Below are positions 32,042 through 42,584 of a stretch of 64,000 nucleotides of DNA, one piece after another; positions within the stretch are counted from its first letter, which is position 1, and every line of letters starts with the position of its first letter. The stretch comes from an uncultured Poribacteria bacterium (GTDB lineage Bacteria; Poribacteria; WGA-4E; WGA-3G): the NCBI GenBank assembly GCA_951813565.1, contig OX638351.1:1920001-1984000 (forward strand), read 5' to 3'. A model generated the notes under the pieces. That model saw nothing but the letters and a program-made list of their open reading frames with translations, was not told the origin of the DNA and searched no databases. A program made the translations under genes and the position numbers.

Positions 32042-32203
32042 CTTTGCTAAATTTTGGTCTGAATAAACGGTAGCACTTCATTAATTTATACACCTTAAGT
32101 GTCTAAATGTTCCCATATCTTAAACATTTAGACATTTTTATTAGCTTTTTTGTTCATTTTTAAGATATCCTCTGGCAATTCATTCTTCTCAATTATCTTA
32201 TTG

Positions 32204-32999
32204 TAACGACTTGTGCCAGTTAACATTTTGTTTTGTTGGTTTTCACATATATTTGCATTTGTGCTATAAACATATCGTCCCTACCAAATCAACGCCAAAT
32301 GCGCCAAATCAAGAAATCAACGGTATGAATCATGGCGAATGCCAAAAGCGCATTCGTCTTTAGTCATTCACCGGGTCCGAATGCCTTTTGGCATTCCCCG
32401 TCCGGCATTTGTCGGGACTAAAGAGTGCTCGTCCAATCATTTTCTATAAACATATCGTCCCTACCAAATCAACGTCAAATGCGCTTATGGCATTTGTCGG
32501 GACTGAAGAACATATAAATATATGATAATGACTTACAAACATTTCTTTTGTGAAATAAAGTTCTACAAATGGTTATTTAGCACAACTCGTTATTGTAGGA
32601 GCGAGCTCCAGCTCTCGACCTTTCATCTAAAACGTGTAATAAACCGACAATTGAATGTCTCTACTACACATCCAGAGGCATTCAATTGTCGAGTTTTCTA
32701 ATCCAATAGAAAAAATAGCGTTTTCAAAGGTTAAAAGAGGCTACGAATGCCATACGTGCATTTGGCGTTGATTTGGCAATGAATTGCGCTTGGTGAATGT
32801 GCGTCCGACATTTACATTAAACGCTTTTGTTGTTAAATCGGGGTTACAAACCCCTCCTACAAGAGTGTTACGTGACAATTGAATGTCTCTGCTCACATAT
32901 CCGGGGTGTGTGTAAAGTTTTGTAGAAATCCGCCCTACAGTGGAAAACGCCGCGTAATCATTGCAAATTGAACCTATGTAACCAAATATTTACACACCC
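32204..32999. repeat. Nested MITE/REP island: TAACGAC shell 32204-32592, CAGAGGC shell 32673-32891, GGGTGTG element 32904-32999
   Basis: Three distinct terminal-IR pairs, REP hairpins and several CCAAATCAACG mini-elements. Confidence 0.7.
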
Positions 33000-33077
33000 A
33001 CACATCCGCTTCCACTTGACAAGAACTATAACATCGGGTAAAGTGTTGACATCGCCTTAGCTATAAGGAACACCTCT

Positions 33078-34466
33078 ATGCGCCGCTACAGCATTCAAAC
33101 CAAAATTGTCCTCCCATTTTTGCTGCTTTTCGTTCTTGTTTCTATTCTTGTGCCGTTAATAACAGTTGAACTTTTCGTGTGGAAATATAGCGAACAGTTT
33201 ACCCGTGAGACACAAGAATGGCTTAACGTAATTATACATACCGGCTACTTCCGCGATAACGAAAAGGTAAAACAGACTTATAGTGTAGAGATTATGATTT
33301 TTGGGTCTGATTACACACTCAATTCTACCACCCTAACAGAACTCCCCGATACCGAGCAAACCGCGGTGAATCTCGCAAAGAAGCTGCAGCTCGACAAGGT
33401 CAAGCAAACATTCCAAGCAGCAGATGCTTCATCTTTCACGCAAGATGTTACGCTTGGTGGTAAGCATTATAAGGTGTTTTACCGTTTAGTGCATCCCGGA
33501 CGGTTTTACTGCGTGTTACGTCCGATGGAGGAAATTGTAGACGCAAAACGCACCCTTACATGGTCTATGTTTGGCATTGCAGCCTTTGTTACTGTCCTTG
33601 TTGCCTTCATCAGTCATCGTATTGGCAAAAACTTATCAGAACCGATAAAAGATTTAGTCGGTTTTACTGAACAGGTTGCCGAGGGAAATCTTGATGAGCA
33701 ATGTGAAGTTAAGACTCATGATGAAATAGGTGACTTAACACTTGCGTTCAATCAAATGACGCAAGAACTCAAGCAGTCAAGAGATAAACTGATTCAAGCT
33801 GAACGTTTGGCAACAGCAGGGAAAATGTCCGCTTCATTTGCGCATGAAATACGGAATCCGTTATCATCTATGCGGATGTTATCGCAGATGTTAATGCAAA
33901 AACCGGAGACGTCAGATGAACAAAAGCAATCGCTGCAATATATTCTTGAGGAAATCGAACGGATTGACAACATCGTCAAAGGTTTGATGGATTTCGCCCG
34001 TCCCACAACACTTAACCTTGAACAACAAGCGTTAGTGCCTGCCTTACAATCCGTTTTAGCTTTGATGGAAGCGAACTTAACACATCATCAGATTCAGTTA
34101 GTATCGGAACTTGTTCCCAATCTCCCCGATTTTCAGTTTGATTCAGATAAAATTAAACAAGCATTTATGAATGTTGTGTTAAATGCGATGGAAGCGATGT
34201 CACAAGGTGGCACATTAACTGTGACTACGTTCAAACAGGAAGATGCCGTATGTATCAAAGTTACAGATACAGGAATCGGTATATCTGCAGAAGATATTGA
34301 ACATCTATTTGAACCGTTCTTTACTCGGAAAGAAAAAGGCACAGGACTTGGATTGGCAAATGTGAAACGTATTCTTGAAGAACATAGCGGCACGTTGGAA
34401 ATTGAGAGTACACTCAACGAAGGCACCACGGTTTCGTTGTGGTTACCGCTGAAATTTCAGGATTGA
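33078..34466 (+). CDS. Membrane sensor histidine kinase (HAMP-HisKA-HATPase); no adjacent response regulator
   Basis: Two TM segments, HAMP DEIGDL, AHEIRNPL, DTGIG, GTGLGL. Confidence 0.92.
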   Translation: MRRYSIQTKIVLPFLLLFVLVSILVPLITVELFVWKYSEQFTRETQEWLNVIIHTGYFRDNEKVKQTYSVEIMIFGSDYTLNSTTLTELPDTEQTAVNLAKKLQLDKVKQTFQAADASSFTQDVTLGGKHYKVFYRLVHPGRFYCVLRPMEEIVDAKRTLTWSMFGIAAFVTVLVAFISHRIGKNLSEPIKDLVGFTEQVAEGNLDEQCEVKTHDEIGDLTLAFNQMTQELKQSRDKLIQAERLATAGKMSASFAHEIRNPLSSMRMLSQMLMQKPETSDEQKQSLQYILEEIERIDNIVKGLMDFARPTTLNLEQQALVPALQSVLALMEANLTHHQIQLVSELVPNLPDFQFDSDKIKQAFMNVVLNAMEAMSQGGTLTVTTFKQEDAVCIKVTDTGIGISAEDIEHLFEPFFTRKEKGTGLGLANVKRILEEHSGTLEIESTLNEGTTVSLWLPLKFQD

Positions 34467-34671
34467 GTGACATAAAATATTAATTGAATAAAAACAACTT
34501 ATTGCATATCATTACTTTTGCCAATTAAGAAATTTGGGGCATCTACATCCCGAAGCTAAAGCATCTGGTTTTGATGCCCATTACTGATAACATCTTCGGC
34601 AGAGCAATTGTCGCTTTAGATTGACTTTAGTTATCCTTATTTTTACAAATGTTAAACATGGTTTGCATTTT

Positions 34672-35074
34672 ATGGAGATATATGTTAAAATAAGAATATA
34701 TGATGAAAAGTTAACGCGTTTCATTTCTTCTAAAAGTGGTTTTTCCATTGCTAAAAAAGAGGTTAGTTATAGAGCATTTATTCCACCGAGTAAGAATCCA
34801 CAAGAACTTTCTGTATATCGTATCTCTACGCTGACAGAAATTGAAATTTGGGAAATTGGAAGAAAATATGTACTAAGGAAGAAATGAAATAAAAGCAAGG
34901 GCAGACTTTTTGACTGAGATTGTTTATGAGAATAACCTTATAGTAATTGCAGATACGCAAGTTCATGAACTACATGCGAATATCATGCCTCTCCCAATAG
35001 ATAAGGTAGATCGGGATGATATCTTAAGAGAACTTGCCCTTGCCAGCGAATTAGTCCCAATACCAACAAAATAA
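34672..35074 (+). pseudogene. Frameshifted hypothetical protein
   Basis: ORF ...ELSVYRI...EIWEIGRKYV continues in another frame from about 34877: GRNEIKARADF...HANIMPLP...PTK*. Confidence 0.55.
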
Positions 35075-35116
35075 AACTTCGCAGTAATATGCGGCAATAA
35101 CAAGGACGGACTGATA

Positions 35117-37789
35117 GTGATAAGAACAGAAACACCGCGCCCAGAATATCCGAGACCCGATTTCCAACGCGGCACCTCCGAAGGTATTGACTGGATAAAC
35201 CTTAACGGCACATGGGAATTTGCGTTTGACTCAGATGATGTCGGTGAAAAAGAGGAATGGTTTTCACTGAACGCGCCCGACTTCCCTTTGCAAATACAGG
35301 TGCCTTACCCTTGGGAAAGCCTTGCTGCTTGGAGAGAAGAAGACCGTGCTGATAGTGCAACCTACCTCAGCACAAATGCCTATCTTAAACCAGAAGATGT
35401 TACATGTGGAGGACTAAACCGAGAAGGGAATTATCGTGGCGAACCACGACATACAATCGGTTGGTACCGCAGAACTGTCTCTGTCCCAGAAAACTGGGGA
35501 GATAACCGCGTTATTTTGAAATTCTGTGCCGTTGACTGGAAAACAACAGTTTGGGTGAACGGCAAAGTCATCGGTGAAAATGAAGGCGGATACCTGCCCT
35601 TTGAGCTTGACATCACAGATGCGTTGACCCCGGGTAAACCTGCTACCATCGTTGTCCGTGCGTATGATGCACAAGACCACGGCGAACAACTTGCGGGGAA
35701 ACAGATAGGATGGTATACACGCACCAGCGGTATCTGGCAGACAGTCTACCTTGAACCCAGAAACGCAACCTATATCAAGCAGTGCCATATCACGCCCGAC
35801 ATTGACAATAGTACCGCCACTTTCGACGTAACAATTGATGGCGAAATAACGTCAGGCATAGAAATTCACTGGGAATGTGAAGATATGAATGGAAGCGTGG
35901 ATGCGTCAGAAAAGACACAGTTCACCGTCAATATTCCACCAGAAAAACTTCGACTTTGGGACGTAGATACGCCAAATCTTTACAACGTCACACTCAAATT
36001 GGTATCTGAGGAATCTGTTATTGACAGGATTTACACCTATTTCGGCATGCGGAAGGTCTCCATTGAAAAAGCACCCGGAGGCGACTATAATTATATCTAC
36101 CTCAACAATCGCCCCATATATCTGTTAGGCGCGCTAAATCAGTCATTCAATCCAGAAGGAGTGTATACCTTCCTCACCGATGAAGCAATCCGAACCGATG
36201 TTGAACGTTCTAAAGAGTTTGGATTCAACTTCCTTCGCCTGCATATAAAAGTTGACGAACCGCGCCTCTACTACTGGGCAGACAAGTTAGGGTTGCTCTT
36301 TATGTGCGATATTCCTAACTTCGGCAACTATACCGATTTAGCGAAAGACAGATTTGAAGAAACACTCCGCGGGAACATTGCACGCGATTTCAATCATCCG
36401 TCCATCATTTCATGGTGTAACTTCAACGAAACATGGGGACTCGGTGGGGGAGACTATAAACAACAAACTGACCGTCAAGAATGGGTGCGCGAGATGTATC
36501 ACCTTGCCAAATCACTTGACCCCACTCGTCTCATTGAGGACAACTCACCATGCCTATATGACCATGTGGAAACTGACATCAACTCTTGGCATTTCTATAT
36601 AAACGATTATAAACACGCTAAGGACCATATCGCAAACGTTGTGGAACAGACATATCCCGGCTCAAAGTTTAATTATGCTGGTGATAACGAACAAACGGAT
36701 GTGCCGCTGATTAATAGCGAATACGGCGGCATCAGTGCGGGAGCTGGTGATAAAGATATTGCTTGGTGTTTTAAATATCTAACAAATGAGTTGCGCCTCC
36801 ATCCGAAAATTTGTGGATATGTATACACCGAACTGCAGGACATTGAGTGGGAACATAACGGTTTTATGAACTACGACCGCTCGGTAAAGGAATTCGGATA
36901 CGATTACAACGACATCAACACGCTTGATTTTATTGCAATTGACTATCCACCCGGTACCGTAGTTACTCCTGGTGAAAACATAAAGTTAGACATATATGCC
37001 AGTCACTTCTCACATAAGACGATAAATGCTACAACGCTCCATTGGCAACTGGATACGCTTGAGCAAAACGGCGAACTGACGCATGGACGTATAAGCAGAA
37101 GTGTTGAAATCCCCTTTCCACAATATCAAGTAGAACAGGTGTATCAACTGGAATTTACCATTCCAGATATTAATGCCGCAGTTGGCACATTACATGTATG
37201 GGTATCCGATGAGACAGGCGCGGTTGTAGCACGCAATTACATCAATTTCGAGATATTCTTGGAAGATACCTCAGGACTCACTTCACTTTCCCATCTTCCA
37301 GGAGACATAGCCGCCAGCAAATGGGATTCGGCATCCGAAGTAACAGAACAACGCCTCACTGCACAAGGTGCTGGATACGTTGAATATCAGATAGCACTTC
37401 CAAACGATCTCAACCCTGACGAGATTACAAAGATGGAACTTGTTTTTGAGGCATCTTCGTCAAACGGTGGCTCACGGCAGACAGAACCAGAGAAATATCC
37501 ATCGGATGTTACGATCTCTGTAAACGGGACTGAGGTTGAAACTTTGACACTCCCCGATTGTCCAGCAGATGCCCGTGGCGTGCTCACCTACATCCACGAA
37601 AACCTTGGCAACTACGGCTATCTGTGTCGTGTCCAATTAAATAAAGAAACGTGCTTAAACGGAGACTCTACAGAGACGCTCACCGTGCGTTATGAAGTCA
37701 AAGGCAATGCCGAAAACAAGGGTGGACTTACGCTTTACGGCAATCGCCGCGGTAGGTATCCGACAGCACCACATATTCGCATATCATAA
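35117..37789 (+). CDS. Glycoside hydrolase family 2
   Basis: RPEYPRP, NLNGTWEF, GFNFLRLHIK, RDFNHPSII.WC.FNE, NSEYGG. Confidence 0.9.
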   Translation: MIRTETPRPEYPRPDFQRGTSEGIDWINLNGTWEFAFDSDDVGEKEEWFSLNAPDFPLQIQVPYPWESLAAWREEDRADSATYLSTNAYLKPEDVTCGGLNREGNYRGEPRHTIGWYRRTVSVPENWGDNRVILKFCAVDWKTTVWVNGKVIGENEGGYLPFELDITDALTPGKPATIVVRAYDAQDHGEQLAGKQIGWYTRTSGIWQTVYLEPRNATYIKQCHITPDIDNSTATFDVTIDGEITSGIEIHWECEDMNGSVDASEKTQFTVNIPPEKLRLWDVDTPNLYNVTLKLVSEESVIDRIYTYFGMRKVSIEKAPGGDYNYIYLNNRPIYLLGALNQSFNPEGVYTFLTDEAIRTDVERSKEFGFNFLRLHIKVDEPRLYYWADKLGLLFMCDIPNFGNYTDLAKDRFEETLRGNIARDFNHPSIISWCNFNETWGLGGGDYKQQTDRQEWVREMYHLAKSLDPTRLIEDNSPCLYDHVETDINSWHFYINDYKHAKDHIANVVEQTYPGSKFNYAGDNEQTDVPLINSEYGGISAGAGDKDIAWCFKYLTNELRLHPKICGYVYTELQDIEWEHNGFMNYDRSVKEFGYDYNDINTLDFIAIDYPPGTVVTPGENIKLDIYASHFSHKTINATTLHWQLDTLEQNGELTHGRISRSVEIPFPQYQVEQVYQLEFTIPDINAAVGTLHVWVSDETGAVVARNYINFEIFLEDTSGLTSLSHLPGDIAASKWDSASEVTEQRLTAQGAGYVEYQIALPNDLNPDEITKMELVFEASSSNGGSRQTEPEKYPSDVTISVNGTEVETLTLPDCPADARGVLTYIHENLGNYGYLCRVQLNKETCLNGDSTETLTVRYEVKGNAENKGGLTLYGNRRGRYPTAPHIRIS

Positions 37790-37805
37790 TAGGAGGAATC
37801 GTTGA

Positions 37806-38885
37806 ATGGCAACACATCAATTTTTATTTACGCGTTCACCCGGTTTAGAAGGTTCATGGCCCTTCGTACACGAACAGATGGTAAAACGACTTGAAGAATT
37901 AGGCGTCACACTTGTTCTGAATACGACCAGCAAAGACCCTCTCCATCAACAAGTGGACTTGAGCGAAGTTATTGGAATCTCACATTGGGGTGGTAGTCTC
38001 ACTGAGGCTTGTATAGACAACGCACCTAAACTCAAAGTGCTCGGCACAATGACAGACAACACGGGGCATGGTATCCCGTACGCGAAACTTCAAGATCGCG
38101 GTATTCCGGTGATTGAATCTACTCGCGCATGGGCACAATCAGTAGCGGAATGTGCTTTTGGGCTCGCTTTATCCTCACTGAGGCGAACCGCACAGTGGCA
38201 CATGCAGATGGCACAAGGCGAGAAATTGTGGAATTGGAGCGACCCAATATGGGGACCGAACAAACTCCCCGTCGCACACCAATTCTGTGATGACCCCGAC
38301 TTTGTTAACGGCGATCTCGGCACAAAACAGATCGGTGTGATAGGACTTGGGCAGATTGGCAGGAAAATCGCGCAGTGGTGTCGTGCCTTTGGTGCAACCG
38401 TTATAGGCTTTGACCCATTCGTTCCTGATGAACTCCTACAAGAATGGGACGTAGAACGCGTTGATATGGACACACTCGCTGATAGGGCAGAGATTGTCTT
38501 TGTTTCTGTTCCACCGACTCCATCCGCACGACACCTACTGAACCGTGAACGTATCTATCATCTGCACAAAGGCGCATTGGTTGTCATTATCACCCGCGCG
38601 CACGCTGTTGATATGGCTGCCCTGCGCGAACGGATTGTCAAAGACGAACTCGCTGGCGCGTTTGATGTTTACGACAGAGAACCCGTACCTATTGATGATG
38701 AACTGCGGAATAGGGATAATGTCGTGCATACACCGCACATCGCTGGCAGAACAAAAGATGCTAATCTTCGCGTTGCAGATATGATTGTGGACGATTTTGA
38801 ACGGGTGCTTAAAGGGGAAAAGCCCCTCGGTGCATTGACACCAGAGGCGATTAAGGTAAGAACGTCTGATAATCCTTATGAGTGA
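37806..38885 (+). CDS. D-isomer-specific 2-hydroxyacid dehydrogenase
   Basis: GVIGLGQIG, FDVYDREP, TPHIAG. Confidence 0.88.
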   Translation: MATHQFLFTRSPGLEGSWPFVHEQMVKRLEELGVTLVLNTTSKDPLHQQVDLSEVIGISHWGGSLTEACIDNAPKLKVLGTMTDNTGHGIPYAKLQDRGIPVIESTRAWAQSVAECAFGLALSSLRRTAQWHMQMAQGEKLWNWSDPIWGPNKLPVAHQFCDDPDFVNGDLGTKQIGVIGLGQIGRKIAQWCRAFGATVIGFDPFVPDELLQEWDVERVDMDTLADRAEIVFVSVPPTPSARHLLNRERIYHLHKGALVVIITRAHAVDMAALRERIVKDELAGAFDVYDREPVPIDDELRNRDNVVHTPHIAGRTKDANLRVADMIVDDFERVLKGEKPLGALTPEAIKVRTSDNPYE

Positions 38886-39061
38886 GTTTCATTTTTCAGA
38901 AATGGTATTATGTGGATACCCACAATCCTGAAAACCTCATTTCAGACAACATATATCGCAACCAAATTCTGATTGACATTCAATTTCAGACATGGTACTA
39001 TTTTCTTGCAAAGGTCCAAAGCAGAACAGACAGGAACACAACATTCTTGAGGATTGATCAG

Positions 39062-39664
39062 ATGGCATTTACCGATTTCAATTCAATTGCACAAGTGCAG
39101 GAAGCCTTCAAAATTAAATATACCGAAGACGAGTATATTCAATACGTGGATATTGAACCTTCTCAAGCATTTTTGGAAGAGTTTGAATTCAGCCAGCGCC
39201 ACATCAATGTGTTTTCATCAGAAGCATCCCGCTGCGAAAATGTGATTTACCCAGTTCTTAGGGACGTATACAAAAACTATGTGAAATGGTTTGCATTGTG
39301 GAGTCATGAATTGATTTCTTACGATGAGGATCTTAGCGGCACACCTGACTATCTGATCTCAACAAAATCAGGGTTGGGGAAAACAGTGCCAGGGACTCCT
39401 ATCATTATCGTTGCAGAAGCAAAACGGAACGACTTTATCAAGGGATGGGGTCAGTGTTTAGCAGAGTTGGTCGCCGTTCAAAAAATCAACGATGACGATA
39501 AAAAGACGGTTTACGGAATTGTAACGGATGGCGAATTTTGGCAATTCGGGAAATTAGACGGAAATCAATTTACGCGCAACGAAACTGCCCTTACAATAAG
39601 TGAACTCAAAAAGGTGTTTGGCGCAATTGGATATCTCATGGATGTGAGTTTACCCGAAAATTGA
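39062..39664 (+). CDS. Solo PD-(D/E)xK restriction-endonuclease-like protein, paralog 2
   Basis: Clear paralog of 20888-21505: GTPDY...EAKRNDF..GWGQCLAELVA. Confidence 0.75.
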   Translation: MAFTDFNSIAQVQEAFKIKYTEDEYIQYVDIEPSQAFLEEFEFSQRHINVFSSEASRCENVIYPVLRDVYKNYVKWFALWSHELISYDEDLSGTPDYLISTKSGLGKTVPGTPIIIVAEAKRNDFIKGWGQCLAELVAVQKINDDDKKTVYGIVTDGEFWQFGKLDGNQFTRNETALTISELKKVFGAIGYLMDVSLPEN

Positions 39665-39741
39665 TTGTTGGTAGGTTAGATAGGCACGTTTGTCGCCTAT
39701 CTCGTGTAGAATTTCAAGGTTGTTGCCAAAGTAGAGTTTAT

Positions 39742-39972
39742 TCATTGATATGTCTCTAAACTATAATATGTCTCTCCTGCTTCAAGGGCATCTCGGATGT
39801 CCGCAAAGAGATTATAGGCATCTTCAAATTCGGCAAATTCGGCAATGATTCGTTGTTCACCATTCGGATCTGTTAAGACGAGTTTACCTTCGCCAGGGTC
39901 TTTCCCTTCTACACTCAAATTCTTGTACTGATTGAAGTTTATGATTTCCAAGTCGTCAGTCACAATGAACAT
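39742..39972 (-). CDS. Hypothetical acidic protein
   Basis: ORF with SD AAGGAG. Confidence 0.6.
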   Translation of the reverse strand: MFIVTDDLEIINFNQYKNLSVEGKDPGEGKLVLTDPNGEQRIIAEFAEFEDAYNLFADIRDALEAGETYYSLETYQ

Positions 39973-40051
39973 AATTATACTCCTTTATAGTTCTCTCTGA
40001 TGTCCGGTAGCCACAGAAATCTACCTTTATGTGTGAATACAAGATAGTTTA

Positions 40052-40705
40052 CTACAAATTCTCAAAAATGCATTCGTACACCCTTTCAACTTCACTGGGA
40101 GAAGTAATGAACCACTCTTTTCCGGGTGCGTCATCCATTTGCTTGCCTCGAAGTTTTAAAATATTCTGTATTGTCTTTTCCATCAAATTTAACTGATCCG
40201 TTTTAATAATGAGGCCTACCTCAGGGAATTCTGGAAGTGCTGTGCGCGTTTGTGATACAATTCTGTTGACAGGATCGTTTCTGGACTTGCCAATTTTGCA
40301 TGCCCAAATCTCTTTTCCCTGCAACTCTGCTAAACGCTGGTAAGCTGGATAATAGTATAGGTAAACTGCTTGCTTACCGGATCCAATAATTTTTTCAGGA
40401 TCTAAATCGTCCTGTTCAGCATCCACGCTTTCGTCGTCCTGAGAACTTGTGGGAATCACCCAATTATCTCCACTTGAACTATCTGCTTGTCCCTCTCGCT
40501 TCATGTGCCATAGTCCCAACGTGACAGGATTATTACGTTGAGCTATTGTTGGTAATCCACCGCGCTCAAGGTGCTTCTCAACTACAACTCTCATGATTTC
40601 TTGTTTTTGAACTGTTTGCCCTGCAAATAGTTCTTGAATAAGTTCTCGCGCTATGTTCGGTGTGAGAGTCTTCTCAAAATATTTATACTGGTCATTCATA
40701 GACAT
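40052..40705 (-). CDS. GIY-YIG/T5orf172-like nuclease-domain protein
   Basis: VYLYY...CKIGKS...R...EK.IQ...GKEWF. Confidence 0.7.
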   Translation of the reverse strand: MSMNDQYKYFEKTLTPNIARELIQELFAGQTVQKQEIMRVVVEKHLERGGLPTIAQRNNPVTLGLWHMKREGQADSSSGDNWVIPTSSQDDESVDAEQDDLDPEKIIGSGKQAVYLYYYPAYQRLAELQGKEIWACKIGKSRNDPVNRIVSQTRTALPEFPEVGLIIKTDQLNLMEKTIQNILKLRGKQMDDAPGKEWFITSPSEVERVYECIFENL

Positions 40706-40745
40706 GTTTCCTTCTTATTTCCAAGATTACCACTAAAGCATACAC

Positions 40746-41981
40746 CTACTCATACGGCGCAAGCACATCCGCCACCGAACGCGTCCCAGAAAACCATCCA
40801 ACAATCTTCCGTAACACCTCATCAAGCAGAATATCCGGACAAGACGCCCCTGCAGTCAAAACAATATCAATCGGACTACCATCAGGATGTTCAGTCGGTA
40901 GCCAATCTTCTGTGATTTGTACCTCTTTTGTCTCAAGTTCCAAATGGCGAATCTGTTTTGGACTGATCAACTCTTCCGCGTCACGTACAAAATAGGTTGG
41001 TAACTTATGTTCACAAAGTTCCACAAGATGGCTTGTGTTGGAGGAATTGTAACCACCCACGACAACTGCGACATCCCCACCTTCAGCAATCAGCGCGAGT
41101 GTCGCATCCTGATTCTCTTTCGTAGCATAGCAGAGCGTATCCTTCGTATCAGCAAAATGTTCTGCAAGATTCTCCGCACCATAACGAACGATAATAGCCT
41201 GCCGCAACAGATCAGCAATGGCTTGCGTTTCTGTAGCAAGCATCGTCGTCTGGTTGACAACACCGATACGTTTGAGATTAATATTCGGATGGAAACCTTC
41301 GGAGTATCGGTCAGCAAACTTTTTAAAGAAAAAGGCTGCATCTGCTTCACCGCGAATCACTCTTGCGAGGTTTTCTGCTTCCGCGAGATCGCGAACGACA
41401 ACAACAGGTGCTTCGGCTTGTGCATGAGAAAATGTAGCGCGCGTCTCCTCATGATACCGCTTACCATGCACAACAACGGTGTAATCTTGCTTGCCAATCT
41501 CTTGGCTCCGCTTCCACACTTTTTCAACGAACGGACACGTAGTGTTGTAGGACGAAAGCGTAACGCCACGAGCGTTGAGTTCCGCTTCAACTTCCAAAGT
41601 TGTGCCAAACGCAGGAACAATGACAACGTCATCAGGTGCTAAGACATCAAACGGCAGCAACGGATTTCCCTCAGTATCAGAGAGAAATTGCACACCGTGA
41701 TGCCTTAAATTTTCATTTACACGAGGATTATGGATAATCTCAGATAATAAAAAAATGCGCTTATCCGGATTCTCTTCAAGGGCGCGATATGCTATTTCAA
41801 CAGCGTTTTCCACACCATAACAGAACCCAAAGTGGCGCGCAATCTTAAAACGGACGGGACCAAAATCTAAAACGGAAGGGGATAGGTCTCGCTTACGGGC
41901 ATCCATATTTCGCCGCGATGCCTTAACAGCAGAAATAATTGGACTTTCATAAAAGCGAGGTAGATTAAAAGTACGAGGCAT
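40746..41981 (-). CDS. ispH: 4-hydroxy-3-methylbut-2-enyl diphosphate reductase
   Basis: FGFCYGV, IIHN, TCPFV, NQTT, TLCYAT..NQ, SSN, TAGASCP. Confidence 0.95.
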   Translation of the reverse strand: MPRTFNLPRFYESPIISAVKASRRNMDARKRDLSPSVLDFGPVRFKIARHFGFCYGVENAVEIAYRALEENPDKRIFLLSEIIHNPRVNENLRHHGVQFLSDTEGNPLLPFDVLAPDDVVIVPAFGTTLEVEAELNARGVTLSSYNTTCPFVEKVWKRSQEIGKQDYTVVVHGKRYHEETRATFSHAQAEAPVVVVRDLAEAENLARVIRGEADAAFFFKKFADRYSEGFHPNINLKRIGVVNQTTMLATETQAIADLLRQAIIVRYGAENLAEHFADTKDTLCYATKENQDATLALIAEGGDVAVVVGGYNSSNTSHLVELCEHKLPTYFVRDAEELISPKQIRHLELETKEVQITEDWLPTEHPDGSPIDIVLTAGASCPDILLDEVLRKIVGWFSGTRSVADVLAPYE

Positions 41982-42005
41982 CTTTGAAATCGTTCCATAG
42001 CAACT

Positions 42006-42140
42006 TTACGCACTGAGGACTCTTCTACCCTTTGCCCTGCGGCGCGCGAGGATTTTTCTTCCATCACGGGTAGACATACGTTTCCGAAATCCCATCTTGT
42101 TCTTTCGTTTCCGCCTATGTGGCTGATACGTGCGCTTCAT
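42006..42140 (-). CDS. rpmH: 50S ribosomal protein L34
   Basis: Manual translation [44 protein letters not shown]; divergent from dnaA. Confidence 0.97.
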   Translation of the reverse strand: MKRTYQPHRRKRKNKMGFRKRMSTRDGRKILARRRAKGRRVLSA

Positions 42141-42584
42141 AATGTTTTCCTCTCTATTTCTTATCTTTTAAGTGCCCACGAAATTACGAAATATATTCAT
42201 CTTAAATAAAAAGGATACCCGATTTTTTACAGTTTGTCAAATTTTTCTGTATAATGACAAAGAGGTGGTATCTATTGCACGAAATTGACGTTATAAATAA
42301 TAGCAAGTGTTTTGGCGATTTGCGCTAAAATACGACTTTTACCCGATAAATTGAGAAATTTTGATCGTTATATATTCTATACTTTCATAATTCTAAACGT
42401 CCAAAATTTTCTCATACATAAATGTAATTTTGGGGCAAAATTTCGCCAATTTAGCTTGCTATTTAAATCCCGAAAATGATATAATTCACGTCCGCGTCGT
42501 GGATACTTCTTTGTAGAAATTACATCAACATTTTAATAACATGGCTCCGACAGTTGTCACCCCTAATAGGTTAGGAACATTCTC

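Larger units (their letters stand above)
30836..32080 (+). mobile_element. IS3-family insertion sequence (1245 bp), 3-bp TTA target duplication
   Basis: Imperfect TG...CA IRs (TGTACTGCCACCGG versus TGAAGTGCTACCGT); orfA/orfB; TTA on both flanks. Confidence 0.92.

Noticed and set aside
41007..41642. 211-aa plus-strand ORF and other long antisense ORFs
   Set aside because: They fully overlap well-supported genes and show no recognisable motifs.
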